Assembly (NCBI GenBank): GCA_028686615.1
Contig: JAQUBQ010000002.1
Span: forward strand, 1 to 48,542
Length of the DNA: 48,542 bases
From: Clostridia bacterium
GTDB taxonomy: Bacteria; Bacillota; Clostridia; TANB77; CAG-465
Reading direction: 5' to 3'
Below the pieces are notes generated by a model. The model was given only the letters and a program-made list of their open reading frames with translations. It did not search any database and was not told the DNA's origin. The translations under genes were made by a program, and so were the position numbers. Every line of letters begins with the position of its first letter. Positions within the stretch are counted from its first letter, which is position 1. Of the stretch, positions 17,566-27,461 are shown in pieces.

Positions 17566-18186
17566 CTAATATTTTCTGAATAATCCTACCACTTTACCTA
17601 ATATTTGAACATCTTTTATTATTATTGGTTCCATGAAATCATTTTCTGGTTGTAAACGAACATGAGTTTTTTCTTTATAGAAGGTTTTTACTGTTGCTTC
17701 GTTTTCTATCATAGCTACAACTATTTCTCCATTTGTAGCCGTATTTTGTTTTAAAACTATAATGTAGTCTCCATCATGTATTCCTACATTAATCATACTT
17801 TCTCCCTTTACTTTTAACATGTATGTTTTTCCATTTAAAGCAGCTTTTGGTATGAAGTTTGCCGGTAGTTTAAAATAATCCTCTATGTTTTCCTCTGCTA
17901 AAATAGGAGCTCCAGCTGCAACATTTCCAACTAAAGGTATAGAAAATAAATTTACATCTTTTTCATCAGAACTCTCTTCATTATCTACAATTTTAATAGC
18001 TCTGGTTTTTAAATCCTTTTTTGCAATATATCCTTTTTCTGCAAGTCTAGTTAAATATAAATGAACCGAAGAGGTTGATTTAAGTCCTACAGCTGCGCAT
18101 ATTTCCCTCACTGAAGGTGGATACCCATTTTCTTTTATTTGTTCTTTTAAGAAATATAATATTTTTTGTTCGTTTTCTTTTAACAT
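17566..18186 (-). CDS. lexA: LexA repressor
   Basis: Winged-helix N-terminus (PPSVREICAAVGLKSTSSVHLYL), Ala-Gly cleavage site (VAAGAP), catalytic Ser (GESM) and Lys (ATVKTF). Confidence 0.96.
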   Translation of the reverse strand: MLKENEQKILYFLKEQIKENGYPPSVREICAAVGLKSTSSVHLYLTRLAEKGYIAKKDLKTRAIKIVDNEESSDEKDVNLFSIPLVGNVAAGAPILAEENIEDYFKLPANFIPKAALNGKTYMLKVKGESMINVGIHDGDYIIVLKQNTATNGEIVVAMIENEATVKTFYKEKTHVRLQPENDFMEPIIIKDVQILGKVVGLFRKY

Positions 18187-18197
18187 ACTTTACCCCC

Positions 18198-18249
18198 AAA
18201 CATTTGTTTTAATTATAACATATAAAAAAAGAATGTCAAACGTTTGTTT
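18198..18249 (-). promoter_or_regulatory. lexA promoter with two LexA-type boxes (autoregulation)
   Basis: Minus strand: AAACAAACGTTT (18249-18238) overlaps -35 TTGACA (18239-18234). A 16-nt spacer leads to TATAAT (18217-18212), then AAACAAATGTTT (18209-18198) just before the RBS GGGGG. Confidence 0.55.
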
Positions 18250-18287
18250 GCATCCTTTTAAATATTTATTTAAGTACTATTCCTTTT

Positions 18288-19361
18288 TTAAACTCCTAGA
18301 CTTATTCCTATATCTTTTGCCAACTTAATCAATTCATTACTATTCATGTCTATTTGCCTCACACCTCTTGTTTTAGGAAACTCCATTTTAACAAGTTTTG
18401 TACCATCTACTCCAACAACATGTCCATGTTGCTCATTTATTAGTAGCTCTAATGCATAATTTGCCTGTAAAGAAGCATTAATTATATCAACATGAGAAGT
18501 TGTTCCACCTCTTTGTAAATGTCCTAAAATAATGTTCCTAGTTTCAATGCCCGTCTTCTCTTCAATTGCTTTAGCAAGTACTTCTGAAACCCCACCATAT
18601 CTTTTTTGTTCATAACTATCTTCAACCATTTTTAATATTGTTTCATCTTTCCCTTGTTCTTTAGCTGCCTCTGATGTTACTACAATAGCATATCTCTTTT
18701 TATCTATAGTTTCTATTGCTTTCTTACATATTACATCCATATCATAATCTTGTTCTGGGAGAAGTATAATGTCTGCATCTGATGCCATTCCTGTTTATAA
18801 TGCCAAATAGCCTGATGTTCTTCCCATAATTTCTACAACCATTATTCTTTCATGAGACGATGCTGTAGATTTTAGTCTTTCAATATTTTCTACATTGTTC
18901 CTTATTGCTGTATCAAAACCTATAGTAGGGTTGCTTGCAATCATATCATTATCAATTGTTTTGGGAATTCCTACTGTTGGCATTCCTCTTTCATTTACAA
19001 CTCTTGCAGAATCAAGTGAACCATCTCCACCTATTACTACTAGTCCTTCTACACCAAGTTCTTTTAAGCCATCTATTCCTTGTTCTGTTAAATCTTTATA
19101 AATCTTTTTTTCTTTATCTACTAAATAATAGAAAGGACATTCCTTATTTGATGAACCTAAAATGGTTCCTCCCATTGTTTCTATACCTAAAACATCTTCT
19201 TTTTCTAAATCTGTATAATATCCTTCAACAAAACCTTTATAGCCATCTAATATCCCAACAACGTCTATCCCTTTATTTTTAGCACTACATACCACTGTTT
19301 TAATAGCTGCATTTAATCCCGAGCAGTCTCCTCCTGCTGTCATTATTGCAATTTTTTTCAT
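18288..19361 (-). pseudogene. pfkA: ATP-dependent 6-phosphofructokinase with in-frame TAA (18797-18795)
   Basis: MKKIAIMTAGGDCSGLNAAI..., GGDGS, PKTIDND, ..VEIMGRTSGYLAL * TGMASDADIILLPEQ..LGHLQRGG. The two ORFs are in the same frame and are separated only by the TAA and two codons. Confidence 0.9.
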
Positions 19362-19459
19362 ATATCTCTACCTCTCTTTTCAACTCTCTAGAATACTGCA
19401 TAATTATATCCATACTTTTAATGTTTTTCAAGCAATTTTGTAATATATTTTTATTCTCT

Positions 19460-20104
19460 TTATAATTTTAAATTTTTTAAATTACTTTCAAGACTTTTAA
19501 TATCTTTTGTTAAATAATTTCCAACAACAGCTTTATCTGCACCAAGTTCATATGCTTTTCTTACGTTAGATTCATTAACACCACCATCAATTACTATTAT
19601 AAGCTTTGGAGACATTTCCCTTAACTCTGCTATTTTACTATATGTGTTTTTTATAAATGATTGTCCTCCTTTTCCTGGTTCTACAGACATAAGAAGAACT
19701 ATATCTATATCATTTATATATGGAACAAGAACCGATACGTCTGTTTGTGGTTTTATGGATACACCTATATTTATATCTTTTTCTTTTTTAATCCTTTTTA
19801 ATAATTCTAATATGCTTTTTAAATCTTTTATTTCTTCATGGATAGTTACACTGTCCGCACCTAAATCAACTGCTTTTATAATATGTTTTTGTGGCTCTGC
19901 CACCATCAAATGAACATCAACTTTAAATCCATATTTTTTAACTGTTATAATTTCATTTAGATGTTCACAAGTATTTTCTACAAATACACCATCCATTATA
20001 TCTAAGTGTATTTCATCTATATCCATTATTTTTTGTTCTTTTAATAGAGTTAGAAATTTTTCTATATCCTCTGCTTGTAAAACAGAAGGTAATATTTTAA
20101 TCAT
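19460..20104 (-). CDS. rpe: ribulose-phosphate 3-epimerase
   Basis: IKILPSVLQAD-like start, HLDIMDG, DVHLMV, MSVEPGKGGQSF and DGGVN motifs. Confidence 0.93.
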   Translation of the reverse strand: MIKILPSVLQAEDIEKFLTLLKEQKIMDIDEIHLDIMDGVFVENTCEHLNEIITVKKYGFKVDVHLMVAEPQKHIIKAVDLGADSVTIHEEIKDLKSILELLKRIKKEKDINIGVSIKPQTDVSVLVPYINDIDIVLLMSVEPGKGGQSFIKNTYSKIAELREMSPKLIIVIDGGVNESNVRKAYELGADKAVVGNYLTKDIKSLESNLKNLKL

Positions 20105-20136
20105 TCTTTCACCTCCAAAGTATAATATCTTATTAA

Positions 20137-21111
20137 TTAAAATTCTTCTTTAATCATCCAGTTAGAATATATCTTTATTTCTTCATCTGATAAAAGTTTA
20201 TCAAAGGTCATCATACTATAAAAATCAAAACTTCCTGGAAAGTCATTATCAGAAATCCTGTTTCCTATACTATACGCTCCTGCTACAATATTCTCTGATG
20301 GAGCTAGTATACAAATAACATGTTTTGTATTTAACATCTCGGCCTCTGATTTTGCTCCAGCTGCTACGGTTGTTGCTTGCTTAATTCCATTAACGTATGA
20401 TATTGCTCCTGTAGTTCTTGCATTCCATGCCACTGAAGAATTTGACCCACTATTAGTATATAAAGCAATTCCATTTCCTGCACTATTAAGCCTAGAATCA
20501 AATATAATACTGTTTATTGTTTTAGGTGTAAAATTTAATAATAATGTTTTTACTTTCCCCTGGTTAATAATATTATTTCCTCTATTCATAACATCTTTAG
20601 AAAAGCGTAAACATGTAACTCCATTTACATTAGAATATCCACTAGTTTCATTCCAAATAAAGTTAATTAATTTAATATCGTTTCCATTCCCAGATAAATC
20701 CTTCAATATGTCCTTGTCCTCTGATGTATTAGTTTTTCCTTTTACAGAATACATACCGATAATTCCTTCCATGTATTTATCTCTTAAAAGTTCTTTTGTT
20801 ACTTGCTTTATTAAAGGATCGTTTGTAGTTACCACTACTTGTCCATTAGAAGTTATTGTAATTTTATCTTTATAATCATTTGATATAATCACATTATCTG
20901 CGTTAAAACTTCCTGTTAAATTACTATTGGCTAGCTCTAATGATAATTGCTCTTGTATAATTGATATATCGTTTCTAATTTTAGATTCTTTTGCCTTTTC
21001 TATAGTAGAATTACTTGTTAGTGATAATATTATTGCACTTGCTAATATTATCATTAATATTATAGTTATTACTAATATAATTAAACTTATTCCACTATTT
21101 TTTATTTTCAT
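20137..21111 (-). CDS. secreted/anchored protein with pilin-like leader and LamG/concanavalin-like C-terminal domain
   Basis: The N-terminus MKIKNSG|ISLIILVITIILMIILA resembles a prepilin leader (Gly then a hydrophobic helix) but has no Glu at +5. The C-terminal ~200 aa is beta-rich with the LamG-like pattern (..GNGIALYTN..SVAWNARTTG..IGNRISDNDFPGSFDFYSMMTFDKLLSDEEI). The domain call is from pattern memory only. Confidence 0.6.
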   Translation of the reverse strand: MKIKNSGISLIILVITIILMIILASAIILSLTSNSTIEKAKESKIRNDISIIQEQLSLELANSNLTGSFNADNVIISNDYKDKITITSNGQVVVTTNDPLIKQVTKELLRDKYMEGIIGMYSVKGKTNTSEDKDILKDLSGNGNDIKLINFIWNETSGYSNVNGVTCLRFSKDVMNRGNNIINQGKVKTLLLNFTPKTINSIIFDSRLNSAGNGIALYTNSGSNSSVAWNARTTGAISYVNGIKQATTVAAGAKSEAEMLNTKHVICILAPSENIVAGAYSIGNRISDNDFPGSFDFYSMMTFDKLLSDEEIKIYSNWMIKEEF

Positions 21112-21126
21112 ATTTTACACCTCTTA

Positions 21127-22044
21127 TTATTTGTATTTTTTTAACTCTTTTTCTTTTAATTCATTATATAGCTTTATATATCTTTCATATCTTCCTTTAT
21201 CTATTCTATTATCCTTAACTTCTCTTTTAATTGCACATTCTTTTTCATTTTCTCCTATATGACTACAATCAATATAATTACAGTTACTAGAATTCACATT
21301 AAATTCAGGATAATAATCTTTTAACTCTTTTGATTCTATATCATAAATTTCAAAGCTAGAAAAGCCTGGTGTATCAAGTAAATATATATCCTTGTTATTT
21401 TCATTGATTTCATATATAACAACAGACCTTGTTGTATGTTTACCCTTTTTACTTTTTTTTGATATTTCTCCTATTTGTATTTCGTGGTAACTATCTGCTA
21501 ATTTTTTTATTATACTAGACTTACCAACTCCTGATCTTCCAGAAAATGCACAAAGTTCTCCATTTGATATAGGTCCTAAAAAGTCTATATTTGACACTTC
21601 ATTTTTCTCAACGCTACTTTTTATTACATTATACCCTAACTCTCCATACACTTTTTCTATATGTTTCGCTACATTATCTTCTTCATCTAAATCCGTCTTA
21701 TTCACAACTATTATTGGTTTAATATCTTTACTCTCTGCAAGAATTATCTGTTTATCAAGTAGTAAAGGATCCAATATCGGATCCTTCGTAGCAACTATTA
21801 TATACATATTATCAATATTAGCTACAGATGGACGAATAAAATCGTTTTTTCTTTCATGTATCTTTGTAATTAAAGTTTCACCATATGATTCCTCTAAGGA
21901 AACAATATCCCCTACTTTTATAGCATGATCTCTTTTTATAATTCCCCTTATGCCAACAATTAATTCTTTATGTTCATCTGTCCTAACTCTATATTTATCT
22001 AATAATATTTCTACTACCCTAGCTTTCATTTTTACCTCTTTCAT
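21127..22044 (-). CDS. rsgA: ribosome small-subunit-dependent GTPase A (RsgA/CpgA)
   Basis: OB domain, circularly permuted GTPase motifs (VVNKTDL .. GRSGVGKSS .. DTPGF) and a C-terminal zinc knuckle (CNYIDCSHIGENEKECA). The start could instead be the internal ATG 15 nt downstream. Confidence 0.93.
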   Translation of the reverse strand: MKEVKMKARVVEILLDKYRVRTDEHKELIVGIRGIIKRDHAIKVGDIVSLEESYGETLITKIHERKNDFIRPSVANIDNMYIIVATKDPILDPLLLDKQIILAESKDIKPIIVVNKTDLDEEDNVAKHIEKVYGELGYNVIKSSVEKNEVSNIDFLGPISNGELCAFSGRSGVGKSSIIKKLADSYHEIQIGEISKKSKKGKHTTRSVVIYEINENNKDIYLLDTPGFSSFEIYDIESKELKDYYPEFNVNSSNCNYIDCSHIGENEKECAIKREVKDNRIDKGRYERYIKLYNELKEKELKKYK

Positions 22045-24087
22045 TTAAAATGTTATATTTTGAGTGTCTTTTAACACTCCATCTATATATATTGTAAGCA
22101 CTGCAGTAGTATAACCATTTACTGTTACATCTACACTGTTATAAGGACTCTTCACTTTTTTATCATAAATAGTGTTTGTTACTCCTTCTACTTTTGCCAT
22201 TACTTTAACAGTAATATCTTTTGGGTCTTCCTCTTCTTCAATGTCTATATAACTTTCTACCGCTATTGTTACCACTTTAGATTTTTGTATTCTATTTACA
22301 GAAAGTTCAATTAAAGTCCCCTCTTCTATCTCTGCATTTTGTTTTTGGCTTTGGGTAAGTACTGTACCATTTGATTTCGAAGCATCTTCAGAATAATTAA
22401 CGCTTACCTTAAGACCTAAGTCTTGTAATGTTTTTTTTGCAACTGTTTCAGACATTGTAAGTACATTTGGCATTAATAGTTTCTTTTTACCATTTCCCTT
22501 ACTTACTATAATCTTAATTTTATCACCTGCTTTTATTTCTGCATCTTTATCAAATTCTTGTGAAATTATTAAGTTTTCTGGAACTTTATCATCTGTCTTA
22601 AATTCAAATTCAGGGACAAGTTCTAAGGCTTCTAAATCATATTTAGCAACCGTATAATCTTTTCCAACAACATCAATCATTTTTACAATTTTAGCACCTT
22701 TGCTAACCACAACGCTTATTCTAGCAGAGGGTAATGTTTTTCCTTTCTCTATTGATTGAGATATAATTTTGCCATCTTCATACTCATTACTATAGGCATA
22801 TTCATCAAGTGAAATAACTAACCCTTTTTTTCTATATTCTTCTTTTACATCTTCAAAAACTTTATCAATTAAATCTGGTGCTTCTGTTATTGCTTCTACA
22901 TTTTTTTCATTAAATTTCATAATAAGGTTTATTGTAAGTCCAATAAGTATTCCTAAACAAACTACACCTATACCAATAAATGCATACATTTTCTTTTTAT
23001 TTTTTTTAGGTCTAGCAAATATATCTTCTTCTATGTTTTCTTCTGATTTATCTATATGTTTTGAGCTTTTATTCGTTGATTTATCATTTGCTTTTGAAAT
23101 ATCATTGTCATCTTCGGCATTTGTCCTTCTATTTCTTCTAGAAGATTCTGATTGGTTTTGATTTTTATTTTCTTCTATTTCTTTCATTCCTATTACAGGT
23201 ATAAACTGAGTTGTTGATATAGAAATATCCGAATTGGATTTTAAAAACTTTTGATTTGGATTATGCATTGCTGTATTTAAATCATCTAATAGTTCAGATG
23301 CCGTTTGATATCTATCCATAGTGTTTTTAGCCATAGCTTTAAGTATTATATCATTTAAGGCATCAGAAATTTCATTATTTACTTCCTTTGGCATTTTAGG
23401 CTTTTCTTGTATTTGTTTTAATGCTACTGATACTGGAGATTCTGCATTAAAAGGCAATTCACCTGTTGCCATTTCATACATAACGATTCCTAAAGAATAT
23501 ATGTCTGATTTTTCATCAGTATAACCTCCTTTTGCATGCTCAGGAGAAAAGTAATGTACTGACCCTATTGTACTAGAGCCAAATGTAGTTATCGTTGCAG
23601 AACTACTCATTTTAGCAATACCGAAATCTGTAACTTTAGCTTGGGTCATATTTCTTGTAAGTACAATATTTTGAGGCTTAATATCCCTATGTATAATTTT
23701 AGACCTATGAGCAGCCTCAAGAGCTGAAGCTATTTGACAAGAAAGAGCAAGTGTTTCTTTTAGAGAAAGATTCCCTTTTCTTTCAATATAATCTTTTAAT
23801 GTGTCTCCTTCTAAAAGCTCCATTACAATATAGTTTATTCCTTCTTCTTCACCAACATCATATACTGATACTATATTAGGATGAGTAAGACTTGCAGCTG
23901 ATTGAGCCTCTATTTTAAATCTTTTTACAAATAAAGTATCTGTTGAAAACTCATCTTTTAATACTTTAATTGCAACGTATCTATTAAGTAGTTTACACTT
24001 AGCCTTATAAACAGTTGCCATTCCACCATTTCCTATATTCTCAATTATTTCATATCTGTTCCCAAGTGTTTTTCCTATTAAATCCAT
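22045..24087 (-). CDS. prkC: Ser/Thr protein kinase PrkC with TM segment and PASTA repeats
   Basis: Hanks kinase motifs (GNGGMATVYKA, AIKVL, HRDIKPQN, DFGIAK, SPE), a TM helix (MYAFIGIGVVCLGILIGLTINLI) and an extracellular region with repeated PASTA-like modules. Confidence 0.95.
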   Translation of the reverse strand: MDLIGKTLGNRYEIIENIGNGGMATVYKAKCKLLNRYVAIKVLKDEFSTDTLFVKRFKIEAQSAASLTHPNIVSVYDVGEEEGINYIVMELLEGDTLKDYIERKGNLSLKETLALSCQIASALEAAHRSKIIHRDIKPQNIVLTRNMTQAKVTDFGIAKMSSSATITTFGSSTIGSVHYFSPEHAKGGYTDEKSDIYSLGIVMYEMATGELPFNAESPVSVALKQIQEKPKMPKEVNNEISDALNDIILKAMAKNTMDRYQTASELLDDLNTAMHNPNQKFLKSNSDISISTTQFIPVIGMKEIEENKNQNQSESSRRNRRTNAEDDNDISKANDKSTNKSSKHIDKSEENIEEDIFARPKKNKKKMYAFIGIGVVCLGILIGLTINLIMKFNEKNVEAITEAPDLIDKVFEDVKEEYRKKGLVISLDEYAYSNEYEDGKIISQSIEKGKTLPSARISVVVSKGAKIVKMIDVVGKDYTVAKYDLEALELVPEFEFKTDDKVPENLIISQEFDKDAEIKAGDKIKIIVSKGNGKKKLLMPNVLTMSETVAKKTLQDLGLKVSVNYSEDASKSNGTVLTQSQKQNAEIEEGTLIELSVNRIQKSKVVTIAVESYIDIEEEEDPKDITVKVMAKVEGVTNTIYDKKVKSPYNSVDVTVNGYTTAVLTIYIDGVLKDTQNITF

Positions 24088-24108
24088 ATTGCTTCTCTCC
24101 TTTATACT

Positions 24109-24825
24109 TTAATCACATTCAACATATATTACAGATATGTTATCTGTTCCGCCGCGTTTATTTGCCATTAGCACAAGTGCTTCACAAACTTTTTCATTTT
24201 TAGTTTTATTTATAACTTTAAAAATTTCTTTATCATCTAACATATTTGTAAGTCCATCTGTGCAAAGAAGAAATTTATCCATTTTTTTTATATTCTTTTT
24301 AAATACTTTACATTTTAAATTTTTGTTTAGTCCGATTGCATTTACTAGCATATGTCTTTGTGGATGGTTTGCTGCTTCCTCTTTATTTATAATTTTATCC
24401 TTTAAAAGTGTATTTATATATGTATCATCTTCTGTGATTTGCTCAAGGCTATCTTTAATATAGTATATTCTGCTGTCTCCAACACTTACATAATATGCAA
24501 CCTGTTCATTAAGTAATAAAAGAGAGATTGTCGTTCCCATACCACTGTATTTTTTAATTGAGTTGCTCATAGTGTATATTTCTTTATTTACATACATCAC
24601 AGCTTCTTTTATTATACTTGCTGTTATATTATTTAGATCTATATTTTTCACTAAATATTCTAAGACTTTATCACCTGTCAATTTACTTGCTATATCGCCG
24701 CTATTACTTCCTCCAACTCCATCTAGAACAATAAATAATTTTACTTTTTCATTAAATTCGTGTGTAATTATATAGTCTTCATTTCTTTTTCTATGATTTC
24801 CAATATTTGTAAGTTTATAATACAT
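24109..24825 (-). CDS. stp: PP2C-family Ser/Thr phosphatase (Stp/PrpC)
   Basis: RKRNEDY, VLDGVGG, LCTDGL and GGTDNISV motifs. It lies immediately upstream of prkC, as in other Firmicutes. Confidence 0.93.
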   Translation of the reverse strand: MYYKLTNIGNHRKRNEDYIITHEFNEKVKLFIVLDGVGGSNSGDIASKLTGDKVLEYLVKNIDLNNITASIIKEAVMYVNKEIYTMSNSIKKYSGMGTTISLLLLNEQVAYYVSVGDSRIYYIKDSLEQITEDDTYINTLLKDKIINKEEAANHPQRHMLVNAIGLNKNLKCKVFKKNIKKMDKFLLCTDGLTNMLDDKEIFKVINKTKNEKVCEALVLMANKRGGTDNISVIYVECD

Positions 24826-24861
24826 ATTGTAATTAGCACCTCACCTTCTTATATCGTTTTG

Positions 24862-25884
24862 TTATTTTAAATATCTTTGTCTTAATTGGCCACAAGCTGC
24901 ATCTATATCTTTTCCTAGTTCTCTTCTAACTGTTGTTATAATGCCCATGCTGTTTAATGTGGTCATAAACTGCTTAATACTTTCTTCTTTACTTTTAGTA
25001 TATTCTTTTTCTTTAATTTCATTTACTGGTATTAAATTCACATGTGCTATCATTCCTCTTAAAAGTTTAGCAAGTTCTATTGCATCATTTTTACTGTCAT
25101 TTACCCCATGTATTAGAGCATATTCAAAACTAATCCTTCTACCTGTTTGCATTATATAATATCTACAAGCTTCTAGCAACTCCTTTGTTCCATATTTATT
25201 TGTAATTGGCATAATTTCTTTTCTCTTCTTGTCTGTTGTTGCATGTAGTGATATAGAAAGAGTAGCTTGTATTTTTTCATCTGCTAACTTATATATATTA
25301 GGTACTATTCCAGAGGTTGATAAACTTATGTGTCTAGCTCCAATTCCAAGCCCCATGGGATTATTTATTTGTCTAATAGATTTTACTACATTATCATAAT
25401 TATCAAGTGGTTCACCAATTCCCATATATACTACATTAGATATCTTTTCTTTCATATACTTTTCTATTGCTACAATTTGTCCTTCTATTTCAGAAGCTAA
25501 TAAGTTTCTTTTATATCCCTCTTTAGTTGATGCACAAAACTTACACCCCATCTTACAACCAACCTGAGTAGATACACATATAGTATTTCCATGATTATAT
25601 TTCATAAAGACTGATTCTATTGCATTAGAATCACTTAAGCTAAGCAAAAATTTATGTGTTCCATCTTTTGATTTTTGAACTTCTATTACTTGTAGTTTTA
25701 CTATTTCACATTGTTTTTTTAGTTTTTCTCTTAAACTCTTTGATATATCAGTCATATCATCAAATGATTCTACTTGTTCTTTATGCAACCATTTAAATAT
25801 CTGTTTTGCATGAAACTTTTTTTCTTCTAAGTTTTCTATATATTCTTCTAATTCTTTTAAAGTATATTCATTTATATTTATCAT
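24862..25884 (-). CDS. rlmN: 23S rRNA/tRNA adenine-C2 methyltransferase RlmN (radical SAM)
   Basis: FHAKQIFKWLH start region, CxxxCxFC cluster (VGCKMGCKFCAS), GMGEP-like MGIGEPL and a C-terminal ..DIDAACGQL. Confidence 0.95.
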   Translation of the reverse strand: MININEYTLKELEEYIENLEEKKFHAKQIFKWLHKEQVESFDDMTDISKSLREKLKKQCEIVKLQVIEVQKSKDGTHKFLLSLSDSNAIESVFMKYNHGNTICVSTQVGCKMGCKFCASTKEGYKRNLLASEIEGQIVAIEKYMKEKISNVVYMGIGEPLDNYDNVVKSIRQINNPMGLGIGARHISLSTSGIVPNIYKLADEKIQATLSISLHATTDKKRKEIMPITNKYGTKELLEACRYYIMQTGRRISFEYALIHGVNDSKNDAIELAKLLRGMIAHVNLIPVNEIKEKEYTKSKEESIKQFMTTLNSMGIITTVRRELGKDIDAACGQLRQRYLK

Positions 25885-26873
25885 TTAAATTTTTCCCCTG
25901 TCTTTATATTAGCCCCCCTAATATACTCTCCAACCATCATTCTTTTACTGTTTTTTGCTTTTATCTCTATTAAATTAATATATCCATCTTTACACCTTAT
26001 AGCTAGTATATTTTTCTTGTCATTTAAATATACTATTTCTCCAATATCAAAATAATTAGCAATATCCATACCAGAAAGTTTTGCTATTTCTTGTTCAGTT
26101 ATATACTCTGCTCTATATATCTTATATGTTTTTTCTTCATCTATTTCTGCCCAAGCTGTTGGTATTGGATTAAGCCCCCTTACTAAATTGACAATTTCCT
26201 TTCCTGATTTAGAAAAATCAATCTTAGAAATTGCTCTATTAATTATAGGAGCTAAAGTATATATTCCTTCTTGCTTTTCTCTTGGAACCTTACCATTATT
26301 TTCTACTAGTTTTTCTAGTGTCTTTTTTAATGTAACAGCTCCTACAATAGCCATTTTATCGTGTAATGTTCCATATGTATCGTCATCTTCAATAGGTAAA
26401 TCAGATTTATATATCATATCTCCTGTATCCATACCTTCATCCATATACATAGTAGTAATCCCTGTAGAATTATCACCATTTATTATAGCCCATTGAATTG
26501 GTGCTGCTCCTCTGTATTTTGGCAACAAAGAACCATGCACATTAATAGAACCATACTCTGGAAAATCTAACACAACTTTAGGTAATATTTTACCATATGA
26601 TACAACTATTATTAAGTTTGGATTCCATTCCTTTAGTTTATCCATTACTTCATCATTATTGCGTAATCTTTCTGGTTGATATACTTCAATACCTTTTTCT
26701 TCTGCATATATTTTCACAGAAGATTTTGAAATCTTCATACCTCTACCAGCTGGTTTATCAGGATTTGAAAATACTCCTACAACATTGTAACCATTTTCTA
26801 CCAGCTCTTCTAGTGATTTTTTAGCAAAATCCGGTGTTCCCATAAATACAATTCTTAACTCTTCTTTTTTCAT
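25881..26873 (-). CDS. fmt: methionyl-tRNA formyltransferase
   Basis: IVFMGTPDFA, NVHGSLLPKYRGAAPIQWAIING and TGITTM motifs. It overlaps the rlmN start by 4 nt. Confidence 0.95.
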   Translation of the reverse strand: MKKEELRIVFMGTPDFAKKSLEELVENGYNVVGVFSNPDKPAGRGMKISKSSVKIYAEEKGIEVYQPERLRNNDEVMDKLKEWNPNLIIVVSYGKILPKVVLDFPEYGSINVHGSLLPKYRGAAPIQWAIINGDNSTGITTMYMDEGMDTGDMIYKSDLPIEDDDTYGTLHDKMAIVGAVTLKKTLEKLVENNGKVPREKQEGIYTLAPIINRAISKIDFSKSGKEIVNLVRGLNPIPTAWAEIDEEKTYKIYRAEYITEQEIAKLSGMDIANYFDIGEIVYLNDKKNILAIRCKDGYINLIEIKAKNSKRMMVGEYIRGANIKTGEKFK

Positions 26874-26900
26874 ATTTTCCTCCTCAAAATAATGTTTCTC

Positions 26901-27449
26901 TTATTTATATATTTTTTTATTGTTTTTTTTCTTCTTTCCGTTTTTATGTTCTAATTCATTTTTTGTTTTTTCCTTTGCTGCTTCAATCTCTTCATTCGTT
27001 GCTGTATAAATATCTCTTGCTATATCTAAGAATAACACACCATTTAGATGATCTATTTCATGACATATAACAATGGCTTCTAGTTCTGTTGCTTTAACTT
27101 TTATTTCTTTACCATCAATATCATATGCTTTAACTACTATTTTTTCAGGTCTATCTACTTCTCCAAAAACATTTGGTGAACTTAGACAACCTTCTTCTCC
27201 ACATTGTTTGCCCGTTGCTTTTTCTATTATTGGATTTATAAGTACCTTAGGTCCTTCTCCAATATCATATACAACTATTCTTTTTAAAATTCCTACTTGT
27301 GGCGCAGCAAGGCCAACACCATCTTTGTCATACATTGTGTCAAGCATATCAAGGACTAGTTCCCTTACTTTATTATCTATTTCTTCTACATTTCTTGATT
27401 TTTTTCTAAGTAATTCATCAGTATCATTTCTTATTACTCTTATTGCCAT
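26901..27449 (-). CDS. def: peptide deformylase with Lys-rich C-terminal extension
   Basis: [13 protein letters not shown] and HEIDH metal/catalytic motifs. There is a ~30-aa tail ..[30 protein letters not shown]. Confidence 0.95.
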   Translation of the reverse strand: MAIRVIRNDTDELLRKKSRNVEEIDNKVRELVLDMLDTMYDKDGVGLAAPQVGILKRIVVYDIGEGPKVLINPIIEKATGKQCGEEGCLSSPNVFGEVDRPEKIVVKAYDIDGKEIKVKATELEAIVICHEIDHLNGVLFLDIARDIYTATNEEIEAAKEKTKNELEHKNGKKKKNNKKIYK

Positions 27450-27461
27450 TTTATGGGCCTC

